This document shows positions 25,896 to 34,227 of a stretch of 34,840 nucleotides of DNA, in pieces. The stretch spans positions 1-34,840 of the forward strand of contig URTQ01000001.1 in assembly GCA_900550855.1 (NCBI GenBank). The letters are read 5' to 3'. The stretch comes from an uncultured Eubacteriales bacterium (GTDB lineage Bacteria; Bacillota; Clostridia; Christensenellales; CAG-917). Made by a program: the position numbers and the translations under genes. The notes below the pieces were generated by a model. That model did no database searches and was not told the origin of the DNA. It saw only the letters and a list, made by a program, of their open reading frames with translations. Each line of letters opens with the position of its first letter. The first letter of the stretch is position 1.

Positions 25896-27230
25896 ATGTA
25901 TAAATTCAATCCAAAATTTTATGCGGACGTGCGTATAGAGGACAGATTCACGACGGCTATCGTTTACAAAAACGGGGCGCTGGACTCGTGCAGAGTACGC
26001 AACGAAAAACGTGCTTTTATCCGCGTATATGACGGACAAATCTGGCTTTACGCCTCGACATCTGACACGAACAAGATTCAATCGGAACTTGACAATTTGT
26101 ACGCGCAGGCGACACCTTGCGACGATATTGCAAATCACCCCATCGTAAAACGTTATCAAGTCAACGTGGCAACCGAATACAAATTCGAGAATCGCAACGT
26201 AAGAAACGTTTCCGTCGAGGACAAAAAGGAACTTTGCAAGCGCATACTGCCCCACGTTAAGAGTCAATTTCTCGCAATGTCGCAAATCGGCTATCAAGAC
26301 CGCAACAGTCGTTACGAGTTCTATTCCTCGAAAGGCGCGGACATCAAATACGATTATCAAATGTGCGGCATTTTAGCGGTAGGCGTGCTTGCCGCACCCG
26401 GCGACTTCGTACAAGCGGTGTATCAACTCGCAAAACCATATTTTGACGAGATTAAAGGCTTCGAAGCCGACATCGAAAAGAAAATGGCTGACGCGGACAA
26501 CTTCGTCCAAAATGCAAAACCCTGCAAAAAGGGCAAATATCCCGTCATTCTCTCGCCTATGGCGGCAGGTATGTTCGCTCACGAGTCCTTCGGACACAAG
26601 AGCGAAGCGGACTTTATGCTCGGCGACGAACAAATGGCAAAAGAATGGGTGCTTGGCAAAAAAGTCGGTAGCGAAATTCTTTCTATCGTAGATACGGGCG
26701 CGGACTTCGGTTCGGGTTACGTTCCCTTCGACGACGAAGGCACGAGATGCACCAAAACTTACCTCATCAAAGACGGTATTTTGTGCGGTAGACTTCACAG
26801 CGCGACCACGGCGGCTGCTCTCGACGAGGAACTCACGGGCAATGCAAGAGCAATCGACTGCAAGTTCGAGCCTATCGTGAGAATGACCAACACCTATATC
26901 GAACCGGGCAACAGCACTTTCGACGAGTTGGTCGCAGGCATAGACGAGGGATACTTCATCGACACGGTTTCGCACGGTTCGGGCGGCTCGACGTTTACGA
27001 TTGCGCCCTCTATCGCATACGAAATCAAAAACGGCAAACTCGGCGGACCTGTCAAGATTTCCGTCGTCACGGGCGACGTGTTCGAAACCCTTATGAAAAT
27101 CGACGGTTTGTCCGACGAAACCGTATTCGAAGACGGCGTTTTCGGCGGTTGCGGCAAAATGGAACAATTCCCGCTTCACGTTCTGGACGGCGGTCCGTTC
27201 GTACGCGTGAAAGAAATGAACGTACAATAA
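25896..27230 (+). CDS. tldD: TldD-family zinc metalloprotease, the catalytic subunit
   Basis: HESFGHKSE (HExxxH) plus the C-terminal GGCGK cysteine ligand context. The start was trimmed to MYKFNPKF, after GAAGGAG. Confidence 0.9.
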   Translation: MYKFNPKFYADVRIEDRFTTAIVYKNGALDSCRVRNEKRAFIRVYDGQIWLYASTSDTNKIQSELDNLYAQATPCDDIANHPIVKRYQVNVATEYKFENRNVRNVSVEDKKELCKRILPHVKSQFLAMSQIGYQDRNSRYEFYSSKGADIKYDYQMCGILAVGVLAAPGDFVQAVYQLAKPYFDEIKGFEADIEKKMADADNFVQNAKPCKKGKYPVILSPMAAGMFAHESFGHKSEADFMLGDEQMAKEWVLGKKVGSEILSIVDTGADFGSGYVPFDDEGTRCTKTYLIKDGILCGRLHSATTAAALDEELTGNARAIDCKFEPIVRMTNTYIEPGNSTFDELVAGIDEGYFIDTVSHGSGGSTFTIAPSIAYEIKNGKLGGPVKISVVTGDVFETLMKIDGLSDETVFEDGVFGGCGKMEQFPLHVLDGGPFVRVKEMNVQ

Positions 27231-27240
27231 GGAGAACGCT

Positions 27241-28458
27241 ATGGAAAAAGAATATATCGTAAACAAAACATCCTCTCTTTCTATAAACGTGGTTGCCACA
27301 GAAGTCGAATCTCTGCGCAAAGTCGATGAAACGACGTCCACCGTTCGCGTATACGAAGACGGTTATATCGGCGTTGCGGGACAAATCGGCGACGAAAATA
27401 TCGGCGATCTCGAAGCGCAAGCCGTTGAAAACTTGTCATCAAAAATCGAATATCCCTGCCAACTCACTCAAAACGAAACGAAAAGCGTCGATTCGAGAAA
27501 ACATATTGTTGACACCGAGCATTTCGTGAAAGTCGCAAGAGATTTGCTTGCCACGCTCAAAGCCGAAGTGCCCGACTTCCTTTTCAGCAACAAAATTCAG
27601 TATCACGAGAGCGAAACGACCTATCGCAACAGCCAAAACACTTCTCTTTACTATGCAGGCAACGAGATGGATTTGGTTATTTGCATAAAGAGCAAGAAGA
27701 GCGCAAACATTATGGACTTTGCATATGCGGTTGCCGTCGACGAATACGACAAGCAAAAGGCGGTTGCGGACATCAAAGCACTTTGCGCCGCGTATCTCAA
27801 CGACGTCCCCCTCGAAGACGGCAAATACACCGTCGTTGCGGAACAATCCTTGTTCTTCGGCAACTGCGTCGAACATCTTGCGGGCGAGAGTTACGCAACA
27901 AGCGCGTCGCTTTTCAAGGATAAACTCGGACAACGCATTTTGAGCGACAAACTCACCATCGAACTCGACAGAACGAACAATCTCAATCTTGCGTTCTTCG
28001 ATGCAGAAGGTTCGTTTGCAAAGACGGACGAAAACGTACTGGTTGACAAAGGCACGTTCGCGCGCGTGCTTGCGAACAAGAAAATCGCAAGCACATACAA
28101 CCTTCCCCGCGTATTCTGTTCGAGAGCGGCGTACGATTCCGTTCCGGTAACGGGCGGTTCGGGGCTCGTTATGCGCAAGACCGCCGATAGAATCGAAGAT
28201 TTGCTCGGCGACGAAAAAGCGATCTACATTCTCGACGCGTCGGGCGGCGATATGACCACAAGCGGCGATTTCGCAACGCCTTGCCAAGTCGCGTTGCTCG
28301 TTGAAAACGGCAAATTCGTGGGCAGAGTTCCTCAAATCAACCTGTTCGGCAACGTCAAAGAATATCTCGGCGACGATTACGTCGGAGCAAGCGACAGAGG
28401 TTTGTTCCAAAACAAAACCGACCTTGCCGTCGCAAAAATGAACGTCACGAAGATTTGA
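27241..28458 (+). CDS. tldE: TldE/PmbA-family partner subunit, with no HExxxH motif
   Basis: It lies 10 nt after tldD with SD AAGGAGA. It has TldD/PmbA-like length and C-terminal Gly-rich segments (VTGGSGLVM, ASGGDMTTSGDFA) but lacks the metal motif. Confidence 0.8.
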   Translation: MEKEYIVNKTSSLSINVVATEVESLRKVDETTSTVRVYEDGYIGVAGQIGDENIGDLEAQAVENLSSKIEYPCQLTQNETKSVDSRKHIVDTEHFVKVARDLLATLKAEVPDFLFSNKIQYHESETTYRNSQNTSLYYAGNEMDLVICIKSKKSANIMDFAYAVAVDEYDKQKAVADIKALCAAYLNDVPLEDGKYTVVAEQSLFFGNCVEHLAGESYATSASLFKDKLGQRILSDKLTIELDRTNNLNLAFFDAEGSFAKTDENVLVDKGTFARVLANKKIASTYNLPRVFCSRAAYDSVPVTGGSGLVMRKTADRIEDLLGDEKAIYILDASGGDMTTSGDFATPCQVALLVENGKFVGRVPQINLFGNVKEYLGDDYVGASDRGLFQNKTDLAVAKMNVTKI

Positions 28459-28506
28459 GTTTTATTTGCAGAATCCTTTGATTTTGCGTAAAAACGTTAA
28501 AGAATA

Positions 28507-28540
28507 GAAAAAACGGAATCTTTTGATTCCGTTTTTTATT
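28507..28540. terminator. Bidirectional rho-independent terminator between the convergent tldE and opp operons
   Basis: AAAACGGAATC-TTTT-GATTCCGTTTT, flanked by an A-run on the left and a T-run on the right. Confidence 0.75.
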
Positions 28541-28565
28541 TTGTAATTTATTAGACTTTCAAAGA

Positions 28566-28985
28566 TTATTTCACGTTCAGATATGCGATGAGCAACGCAA
28601 CTGCCACGGCGATCAACACGCCGCCGAAAATCAAAGCAATATTAAATTTCTTTTTCTTCTTTTCGGGCGAGTGTTTCCTCTCGATATACTCTTGATAAGT
28701 TTCTTTTTTGTGCCAGTCCAAGCCTTTGCCTGCGGGCATATGCGTATTAAAAAACGTGGATATGCCGTAGCCTATCGCGTCGAACGCACCCTTATCTGAT
28801 GCCCACGACAAGCCGCTTACGCAAAGCAAGACCACACCGGGCACGAAAAACGCGTCGCAAAGCACTTTCAAAACTTTGGATTGTTCGCATTGCTCGGTAA
28901 GCAAGCCGTTGACGCCGCATATCGTGAGAATGATTGCAAGCGCAATCACAAACAGAACGGCAATTTTTATAAGCGTCGTTTTCAT
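28566..28985 (-). CDS. Small three-TM membrane protein (DUF3899-like), translationally coupled to oppF
   Basis: Hydrophobic segments IAVLFVIALAIILTICGV, FFVPGVVLLCVSGL and IALIFGGVLIAVAVALLIAYL. A GAFDAIGYGISTF motif is present. ATGA overlap with the oppF stop. Confidence 0.6.
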   Translation of the reverse strand: MKTTLIKIAVLFVIALAIILTICGVNGLLTEQCEQSKVLKVLCDAFFVPGVVLLCVSGLSWASDKGAFDAIGYGISTFFNTHMPAGKGLDWHKKETYQEYIERKHSPEKKKKKFNIALIFGGVLIAVAVALLIAYLNVK

Positions 28986-30472
28986 TGCTCGTCTTGATTC
29001 GTATCCGATTCGGCTTCGTTTGCGGTTTCGAGAATAACCTCGTTGCCTGCAACCGTAATGCCTTCTTGTTTGAGAAGGGACAAATCGACGGGTGCGATAA
29101 CGGGCATATCGTCAACCGATTCGGCGGTTTGTTCCGCAACGGTTTCTTCGGTTTGTGCGACTTCCGCTTGATTTTGTTCGCCTACGCCCGTCGTATCGTC
29201 TACGATTTCGCCCTTGCAAATCTTGACGTATCTTTCAAATTCCTCTTGGTTGCAAGACACGAAATGTCCGGGTTCGACCTCTCTCATTTGAGGCTTATCC
29301 ACCGAATAATCGTGATCGGCAAGCGGATTGTAAACTATACGTTTGCGTTGTTTCTCATAGATAGGATCGGGAAGCGGAATTGCCGAAAGCAACGACTTCG
29401 TGTACGGGTGCAACGGGTGCGCGAACAGTCTGTCCGAAGTTGCGAGTTCCACCATATTGCCGAAGTACATAACGCCGATTCTGTCCGAGAAGTATTTGAC
29501 GACGGAAAGGTCGTGCGCAATGAACATAATCGTCAAGCCGAGTTCGTGTCTTAAATCGTTGAGCAGGTTGATAACTTGCGCCTGTATGGACACGTCGAGT
29601 GCCGAAATAGGCTCGTCGGCGATTATCATTTCGGGTTGCATAATGATTGCTCTTGCAACGCCGATACGTTGTCTTTGACCGCCCGAAAATTCGTGGGGAT
29701 ATCTGCCTGCGTGTTCTCTGACAAGACCGACTTTTTCAAGCACGTCGTACACTTTTTCGTCCACGACTTTCTTGTCTCTTATGCCACGAATGGTAAGACC
29801 TTCCGCAATGATTTCGCGCACGGTCATACGAGGGTCGAGCGACGCAATCGGGTCTTGGAACACCATTTGAATCTTGGTTACGAGCCTCGTTTTGCGAGCG
29901 AAATTGAGGTCTTTAAGATACTGCCACAAGAGTGCGAAATACGCTTTGTCTTTCTTCTCTATTGCCGCAAACTTGGGTTTATAGTCCTCTTTTACCTTGT
30001 TAATGTGCTCTTTTGCGTAATCTCTGTCGCATCTCTTTTGATCGTGATTCGCTTTGCGGATGTTTTTGTTCTGCTCTTTCACCGCAGCCTTCAACTCGGC
30101 AAAAGACGCTTTCAAATCAACCGCGTTTTCTTCGTTTTCTTCGCCTTTCTTTTTGGACGAAGCGCGCTTCAAATCGCCGAGGGATTTTTTGAACGCGGCT
30201 TTTCTCGCTTCCTTGTAGGAAAGCGTGCCGGCGCATATTCTTCTGCCCTCGAAGTACACGTTGCCCGAAGTGCAGTTGTAAAGTTTGATGATACTGCGAC
30301 CCGTCGTGGTTTTACCGCAACCGGATTCGCCGACCAAACCGAAGACCTCGCCTTTTTTGATGTCAAAGGAAACGTCGTTGACTGCTTTGAGCGTTGACGA
30401 GCCGAGTTTGAAGTACTGGCACAGATGTTCGACGCGCAATAGCGTTTCTTGTTCGTTTACGTTCGTGTCCAT
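28982..30472 (-). CDS. oppF: Oligopeptide/dipeptide ABC transporter ATP-binding protein, OppF-type, with an internal insertion and an acidic C-terminal tail
   Basis: Walker A GESGCGKTT, Q-loop IQMVFQDP, signature FSGGQRQRIGVARA, Walker B MIIADEP. The Opp C-terminal domain has HPYTKSLLSAIP. Confidence 0.9.
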   Translation of the reverse strand: MDTNVNEQETLLRVEHLCQYFKLGSSTLKAVNDVSFDIKKGEVFGLVGESGCGKTTTGRSIIKLYNCTSGNVYFEGRRICAGTLSYKEARKAAFKKSLGDLKRASSKKKGEENEENAVDLKASFAELKAAVKEQNKNIRKANHDQKRCDRDYAKEHINKVKEDYKPKFAAIEKKDKAYFALLWQYLKDLNFARKTRLVTKIQMVFQDPIASLDPRMTVREIIAEGLTIRGIRDKKVVDEKVYDVLEKVGLVREHAGRYPHEFSGGQRQRIGVARAIIMQPEMIIADEPISALDVSIQAQVINLLNDLRHELGLTIMFIAHDLSVVKYFSDRIGVMYFGNMVELATSDRLFAHPLHPYTKSLLSAIPLPDPIYEKQRKRIVYNPLADHDYSVDKPQMREVEPGHFVSCNQEEFERYVKICKGEIVDDTTGVGEQNQAEVAQTEETVAEQTAESVDDMPVIAPVDLSLLKQEGITVAGNEVILETANEAESDTNQDEQ

Positions 30473-30484
30473 ATTCGTCTCCTT

Positions 30485-32662
30485 TTACTGCTGTTCCGCT
30501 TTGGATTTTTGCGCGAGGGCTTTCATTCTCTCGATACGGTCGGAAACGATTTTGGGCATTTCGACCTTTGGTGCGGACGGGTGCAACAACCACGTTGCCG
30601 CGCTGTGAGTATCGCTGATTTTGAACATCGGGGGTTGTTCCTCGAAGTCTATCTTCATAGCATACTTGTTTCTTGCGGCAAACGCGTCGCCCTTAGGCGG
30701 ATAGATCATATTCGGGGGCGTACCGGGGATAGCTTCGAGTTTCTCGTTCGTGTCGAGGTCGGGCATAGAGGACAAGAGCGCCCAAGTGTACGGATGCGCG
30801 GGGGAATAGAAAATATCTTCCGCCGTACCCGTTTCCACGATTTTGCCCGCGTACATAACCGCGATTCTGTCAGCCATATTCGCAACGACGCCGAGGTCGT
30901 GTGTAATGAATATGATGGAAAGATTTCTTTCTTTCTTGATTTTGTTGATAAGTTCGAGGATTTGAGCCTGAATCGTAACGTCGAGTGCGGTCGTAGGTTC
31001 GTCGCAAATGAGAATATCGGGGTTTGCGGCGAGCGCGATTGCGATGACGATACGTTGTCTCATACCGCCCGAGAACTGGAAGGGATATTGACGATATCTC
31101 TTTCTCGGTTCGGGAATACCGACCTCTTCCATAAGTTTCAACGCCTTATTCTTTGCGACGATATGCGTAACGCGATACGCGACCGCTTGCGCCTTTTCTT
31201 TGAAGAAGTCGATCATAGCGACCGTAGCGGCGTCGAAATCGATGTTTTGCGCGTTTTCGACGGCGTGTTCGTAGACCGAAACGAGTTTGTCGATAATCTC
31301 GACTATATTGTGTCTTGCGATATCCAAATCGATGATTTTCGCGGGGATAACCTTATAGTCGGGCGTTTTTCCTTTTGCGACGAGTTTGTCGAACTTCGCC
31401 TGATCTCTGTCGAAACGTTTTTGTTCTTTCGCGTTGTTGGGAATCGCCTCGAAATAGGTGTTTATCGCGCGCATAATGCTCGATTTGAACGTATACGCCG
31501 CGCTGTCCTTGACGAGAGCGAGTTTGTCGATAGACTCGGCAACGCTTGCGCACATCTCTTTTGCGGCTTCTTTATACGCTTTTTTGTCGGGTTCGCCGTC
31601 GGTAAACACGCTTCTCTTTTGTTTGAGAAGTTCGATGGCTTCCTTTTTCTTTTCGAGCGAACGATTGAACGAGAACTCTATACCCTTTTTTGCCGTGTCG
31701 ATAAAGTCGAGCATAAAGTTGTCATCGAGATATTTGCGCAAGAACTTGTTTTCTTCCTCGACGTTGTCGGGAAGTTCCTCGTTGTGTCCGAACGTCTGAT
31801 AGTATGCAAGCGCAAAGTAATTGGGCATAGTCTTTGCGCACGCTTCCTCGAAGCACGCTTTGAGTTTTTTGAGCGGCTCGACGCAAACGGAATAATCTCT
31901 CTTTTTCGCGCTGACTTTGAGCAAGGGTTTTACCGCTTCGATAAGTTCCTGACGAGCGGTCAAAACGTCTTGCGAGCATACGTTTTCGTGTACGGAAAGT
32001 CTTGCGCTTTTAAGAATGTCGTATATCGATCTCGTGAAACCTTCGACGGCGTTCTTTTCGATGTGGAAAAGCAAATCGTCAACGTTTTCGAGTCCCGTTT
32101 CGGCATTTTCGTACGCTTTGTTGTACGCACCCTCTATTTTGAGGTGGTAGGTTTCGAACGTATCGAAATCTTTTGCTTTTTTGGCGTTGATTTTGCCTTG
32201 TTCGCTGTTTGCGGCAACGCCCGCTGCGCTGTTGACCGCTTCGAGCAAGAGAGCCATTTTTGTGTTGAACTCTTTTCTCGATTCTCTGCGATTCGCTCTG
32301 TTTTTGAGGATCATAGCCTCGGTAAGTTGCATACCGATGCGGTTGATCGGGTCGAGCGCGGAAAGCGGGTCTTGGAATATCATCGCGATTTTGTCGCCGC
32401 GAAGTTTGTGGAAATCGTCCTCGCTGATTTGAAGCAAGTCCATACCGTCATAGAGTATCTCGCCGCTTTCAACGATTGCGTTTGGTGCGGAAATGCCTAT
32501 GATCGCTTTGTTCGTAACGGATTTACCCGAACCGGACTCACCCACTATCGCAAGCGTTTCGCCTTTGTAGAGGTCGAAATCGATGCCTCTGACCGCTTGT
32601 ACGTTGCCTGCGTCCGTGCGGAAGGAAATACGCAAATCTTTAACTTCTAACTTCTTTTCCAT
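30485..32662 (-). CDS. oppD: Oligopeptide/dipeptide ABC transporter ATP-binding protein, OppD-type, with a ~375-aa insertion in the helical subdomain
   Basis: Walker A GESGSGKS, Q-loop MIFQDP, signature FSGGMRQRIVIAIA, Walker B ILICDEP, and HPYTWALLSSMP. The start was trimmed to the ATG at 32662 (MEKKLEVKDL), after GGAGGG. Confidence 0.9.
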   Translation of the reverse strand: MEKKLEVKDLRISFRTDAGNVQAVRGIDFDLYKGETLAIVGESGSGKSVTNKAIIGISAPNAIVESGEILYDGMDLLQISEDDFHKLRGDKIAMIFQDPLSALDPINRIGMQLTEAMILKNRANRRESRKEFNTKMALLLEAVNSAAGVAANSEQGKINAKKAKDFDTFETYHLKIEGAYNKAYENAETGLENVDDLLFHIEKNAVEGFTRSIYDILKSARLSVHENVCSQDVLTARQELIEAVKPLLKVSAKKRDYSVCVEPLKKLKACFEEACAKTMPNYFALAYYQTFGHNEELPDNVEEENKFLRKYLDDNFMLDFIDTAKKGIEFSFNRSLEKKKEAIELLKQKRSVFTDGEPDKKAYKEAAKEMCASVAESIDKLALVKDSAAYTFKSSIMRAINTYFEAIPNNAKEQKRFDRDQAKFDKLVAKGKTPDYKVIPAKIIDLDIARHNIVEIIDKLVSVYEHAVENAQNIDFDAATVAMIDFFKEKAQAVAYRVTHIVAKNKALKLMEEVGIPEPRKRYRQYPFQFSGGMRQRIVIAIALAANPDILICDEPTTALDVTIQAQILELINKIKKERNLSIIFITHDLGVVANMADRIAVMYAGKIVETGTAEDIFYSPAHPYTWALLSSMPDLDTNEKLEAIPGTPPNMIYPPKGDAFAARNKYAMKIDFEEQPPMFKISDTHSAATWLLHPSAPKVEMPKIVSDRIERMKALAQKSKAEQQ

Positions 32663-32663
32663 A

Positions 32664-34226
32664 TCAGCCCTCCGAACCTCTGAGCGACGGGTTGAACGCG
32701 TCGCGCAAACCATTGCCGAACAAGTTGAAACTGAGCAGCAACAGAGCAAGGAACAACGACGGCATCAACGCGACGTGAGCAGCCGTCATAAGTGCGCTTT
32801 GACCGCTTGCAAGCAACGTGCCGACGCTTGTAAGGTTGCCCGACGTCAAACTGATGATTCCGAGATAACTCAGGTTGACTTCCGAATAAATCATAGACGG
32901 AATGACGAGAGCGCAACTCGTGACCAACGTACCGAGCGCGTTGGGGAAAATGTGTTTGACGATAATTCTTGCGTCGCGTGCGCCGAGAGTGCGCGCGGCA
33001 AGGACGTATTCTTGATTTTTGTAGCGATAGAACTGCATTCTGGTCGTTGAAGCCATACCGATCCACCCCGTAAGGAAGAAGGACAGGAACAGTATCAGCG
33101 GCGCGCCCGACGCGCCCATATGCAGTTTGAGCAGCGTAACGACGATCATAGTCGGAACAGCGGAAAGTATATCCGAAACCCTTTCCATAACCAAGTCGAT
33201 TTTGCCGCCGTAGTAACCCTCTATTGCGCCGTAGATTGCGCCGACGATCAAGTTGACGAGAGCAACCGAGATTGCAAACGCGAACGAGAACAACGCACCC
33301 GAAGCGAGGCAAGTGAAAATGTCTTGACCTTCTTCGTTTGCACCGAACAGGAACGAGGGCTTTTTTATACCGTCTTTAAGCACATACGAGTGCTGGAAGA
33401 TGTAATATTCGTAGTAGTTTACACGGACTTCGTAGCCTGCGTCGATAGCGCGAGCGTATTCGTATTCGATGCCGTTTTCACGGTCGCCTGCGATACGCAA
33501 GGAATCGTAATCGTCGTAGCAAGTTTGTCCGATATTGTGTTTTTTGTAATCGGGAATAACGTTACCGTTTGCGTCCAACTCTGCCTGCATAGAACTCGTG
33601 TTGAACTTGTAGTAGTAGTTTGCTGCGGTATCGACGGAAACGTTGCCTTTCGTCACGATTTGGTAGGTTTCGACCATTCTCTTTTGCGAAAGTCTGAGCG
33701 CGGGATAAATGACCTGTATGCCCGTTTCGTTCTGATACTGTTGAAGAAGTTTATATTCTTCTTCGGACATTTTCAAATAAACGCAACCCGTCTTTTGATA
33801 GGAATCGAGACGGAACGTATACATTTTGCCGTCTTTGGTGTATTCCTGATTTTTGACCGCATTATGCCCCGTTTCTTCACCCATATAGTAGTAGTAATAG
33901 AACGTGGCTTTGGACAGAGTTTTTTCCTCGCAGCCGTCCCAGAAGTCCGTTTTTGCAAACAGTTCGCTGCGCGGCAATGCGTAACGGAAATAAGTATCTC
34001 TGTGCGACACGGGATATTGAGAGAAAATCGTACCGAAAATTGCGTACAAAATCAACAACAATATAACGCACGCGCCCACGATAGAGCCTTTGTTTTTGCA
34101 AAAACGCGAGAACGCGTCCGCAAAGTAACTGCGCGGCTTCGTGGCGAGAGATTTTTCGTGCGACAAGTCTTGCTTGTCCACGAATTCGAATTTTTCTTTG
34201 GGGATGTTTTGACAGACTTGTTCCAT
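32664..34226 (-). CDS. oppC: Opp/Dpp ABC transporter permease, OppC-type, with an enlarged first extracytoplasmic loop
   Basis: Permease core with EAA-like LAARTLGARDARIIVKHIFPN. Residues ~70-295 lie between TM1 and the conserved FGANEEGQDIF segment. Confidence 0.85.
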   Translation of the reverse strand: MEQVCQNIPKEKFEFVDKQDLSHEKSLATKPRSYFADAFSRFCKNKGSIVGACVILLLILYAIFGTIFSQYPVSHRDTYFRYALPRSELFAKTDFWDGCEEKTLSKATFYYYYYMGEETGHNAVKNQEYTKDGKMYTFRLDSYQKTGCVYLKMSEEEYKLLQQYQNETGIQVIYPALRLSQKRMVETYQIVTKGNVSVDTAANYYYKFNTSSMQAELDANGNVIPDYKKHNIGQTCYDDYDSLRIAGDRENGIEYEYARAIDAGYEVRVNYYEYYIFQHSYVLKDGIKKPSFLFGANEEGQDIFTCLASGALFSFAFAISVALVNLIVGAIYGAIEGYYGGKIDLVMERVSDILSAVPTMIVVTLLKLHMGASGAPLILFLSFFLTGWIGMASTTRMQFYRYKNQEYVLAARTLGARDARIIVKHIFPNALGTLVTSCALVIPSMIYSEVNLSYLGIISLTSGNLTSVGTLLASGQSALMTAAHVALMPSLFLALLLLSFNLFGNGLRDAFNPSLRGSEG

Positions 34227-34227
34227 A

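Noticed and set aside
26373-28410. Two minus-strand ORFs of about 320 aa each (26373..27341 and 27439..28410)
   Set aside because: They are antisense to tldD and tldE, which carry the diagnostic protease motifs and SD sequences. They have no start context.
30449-32650. 733-aa ORF on the plus strand
   Set aside because: It is exactly antisense to the OppD gene, which has every ABC motif. The translation is Phe/Val/Arg/Asp-rich with no motifs and no SD. It is a shadow ORF produced by the codon bias of the real gene.
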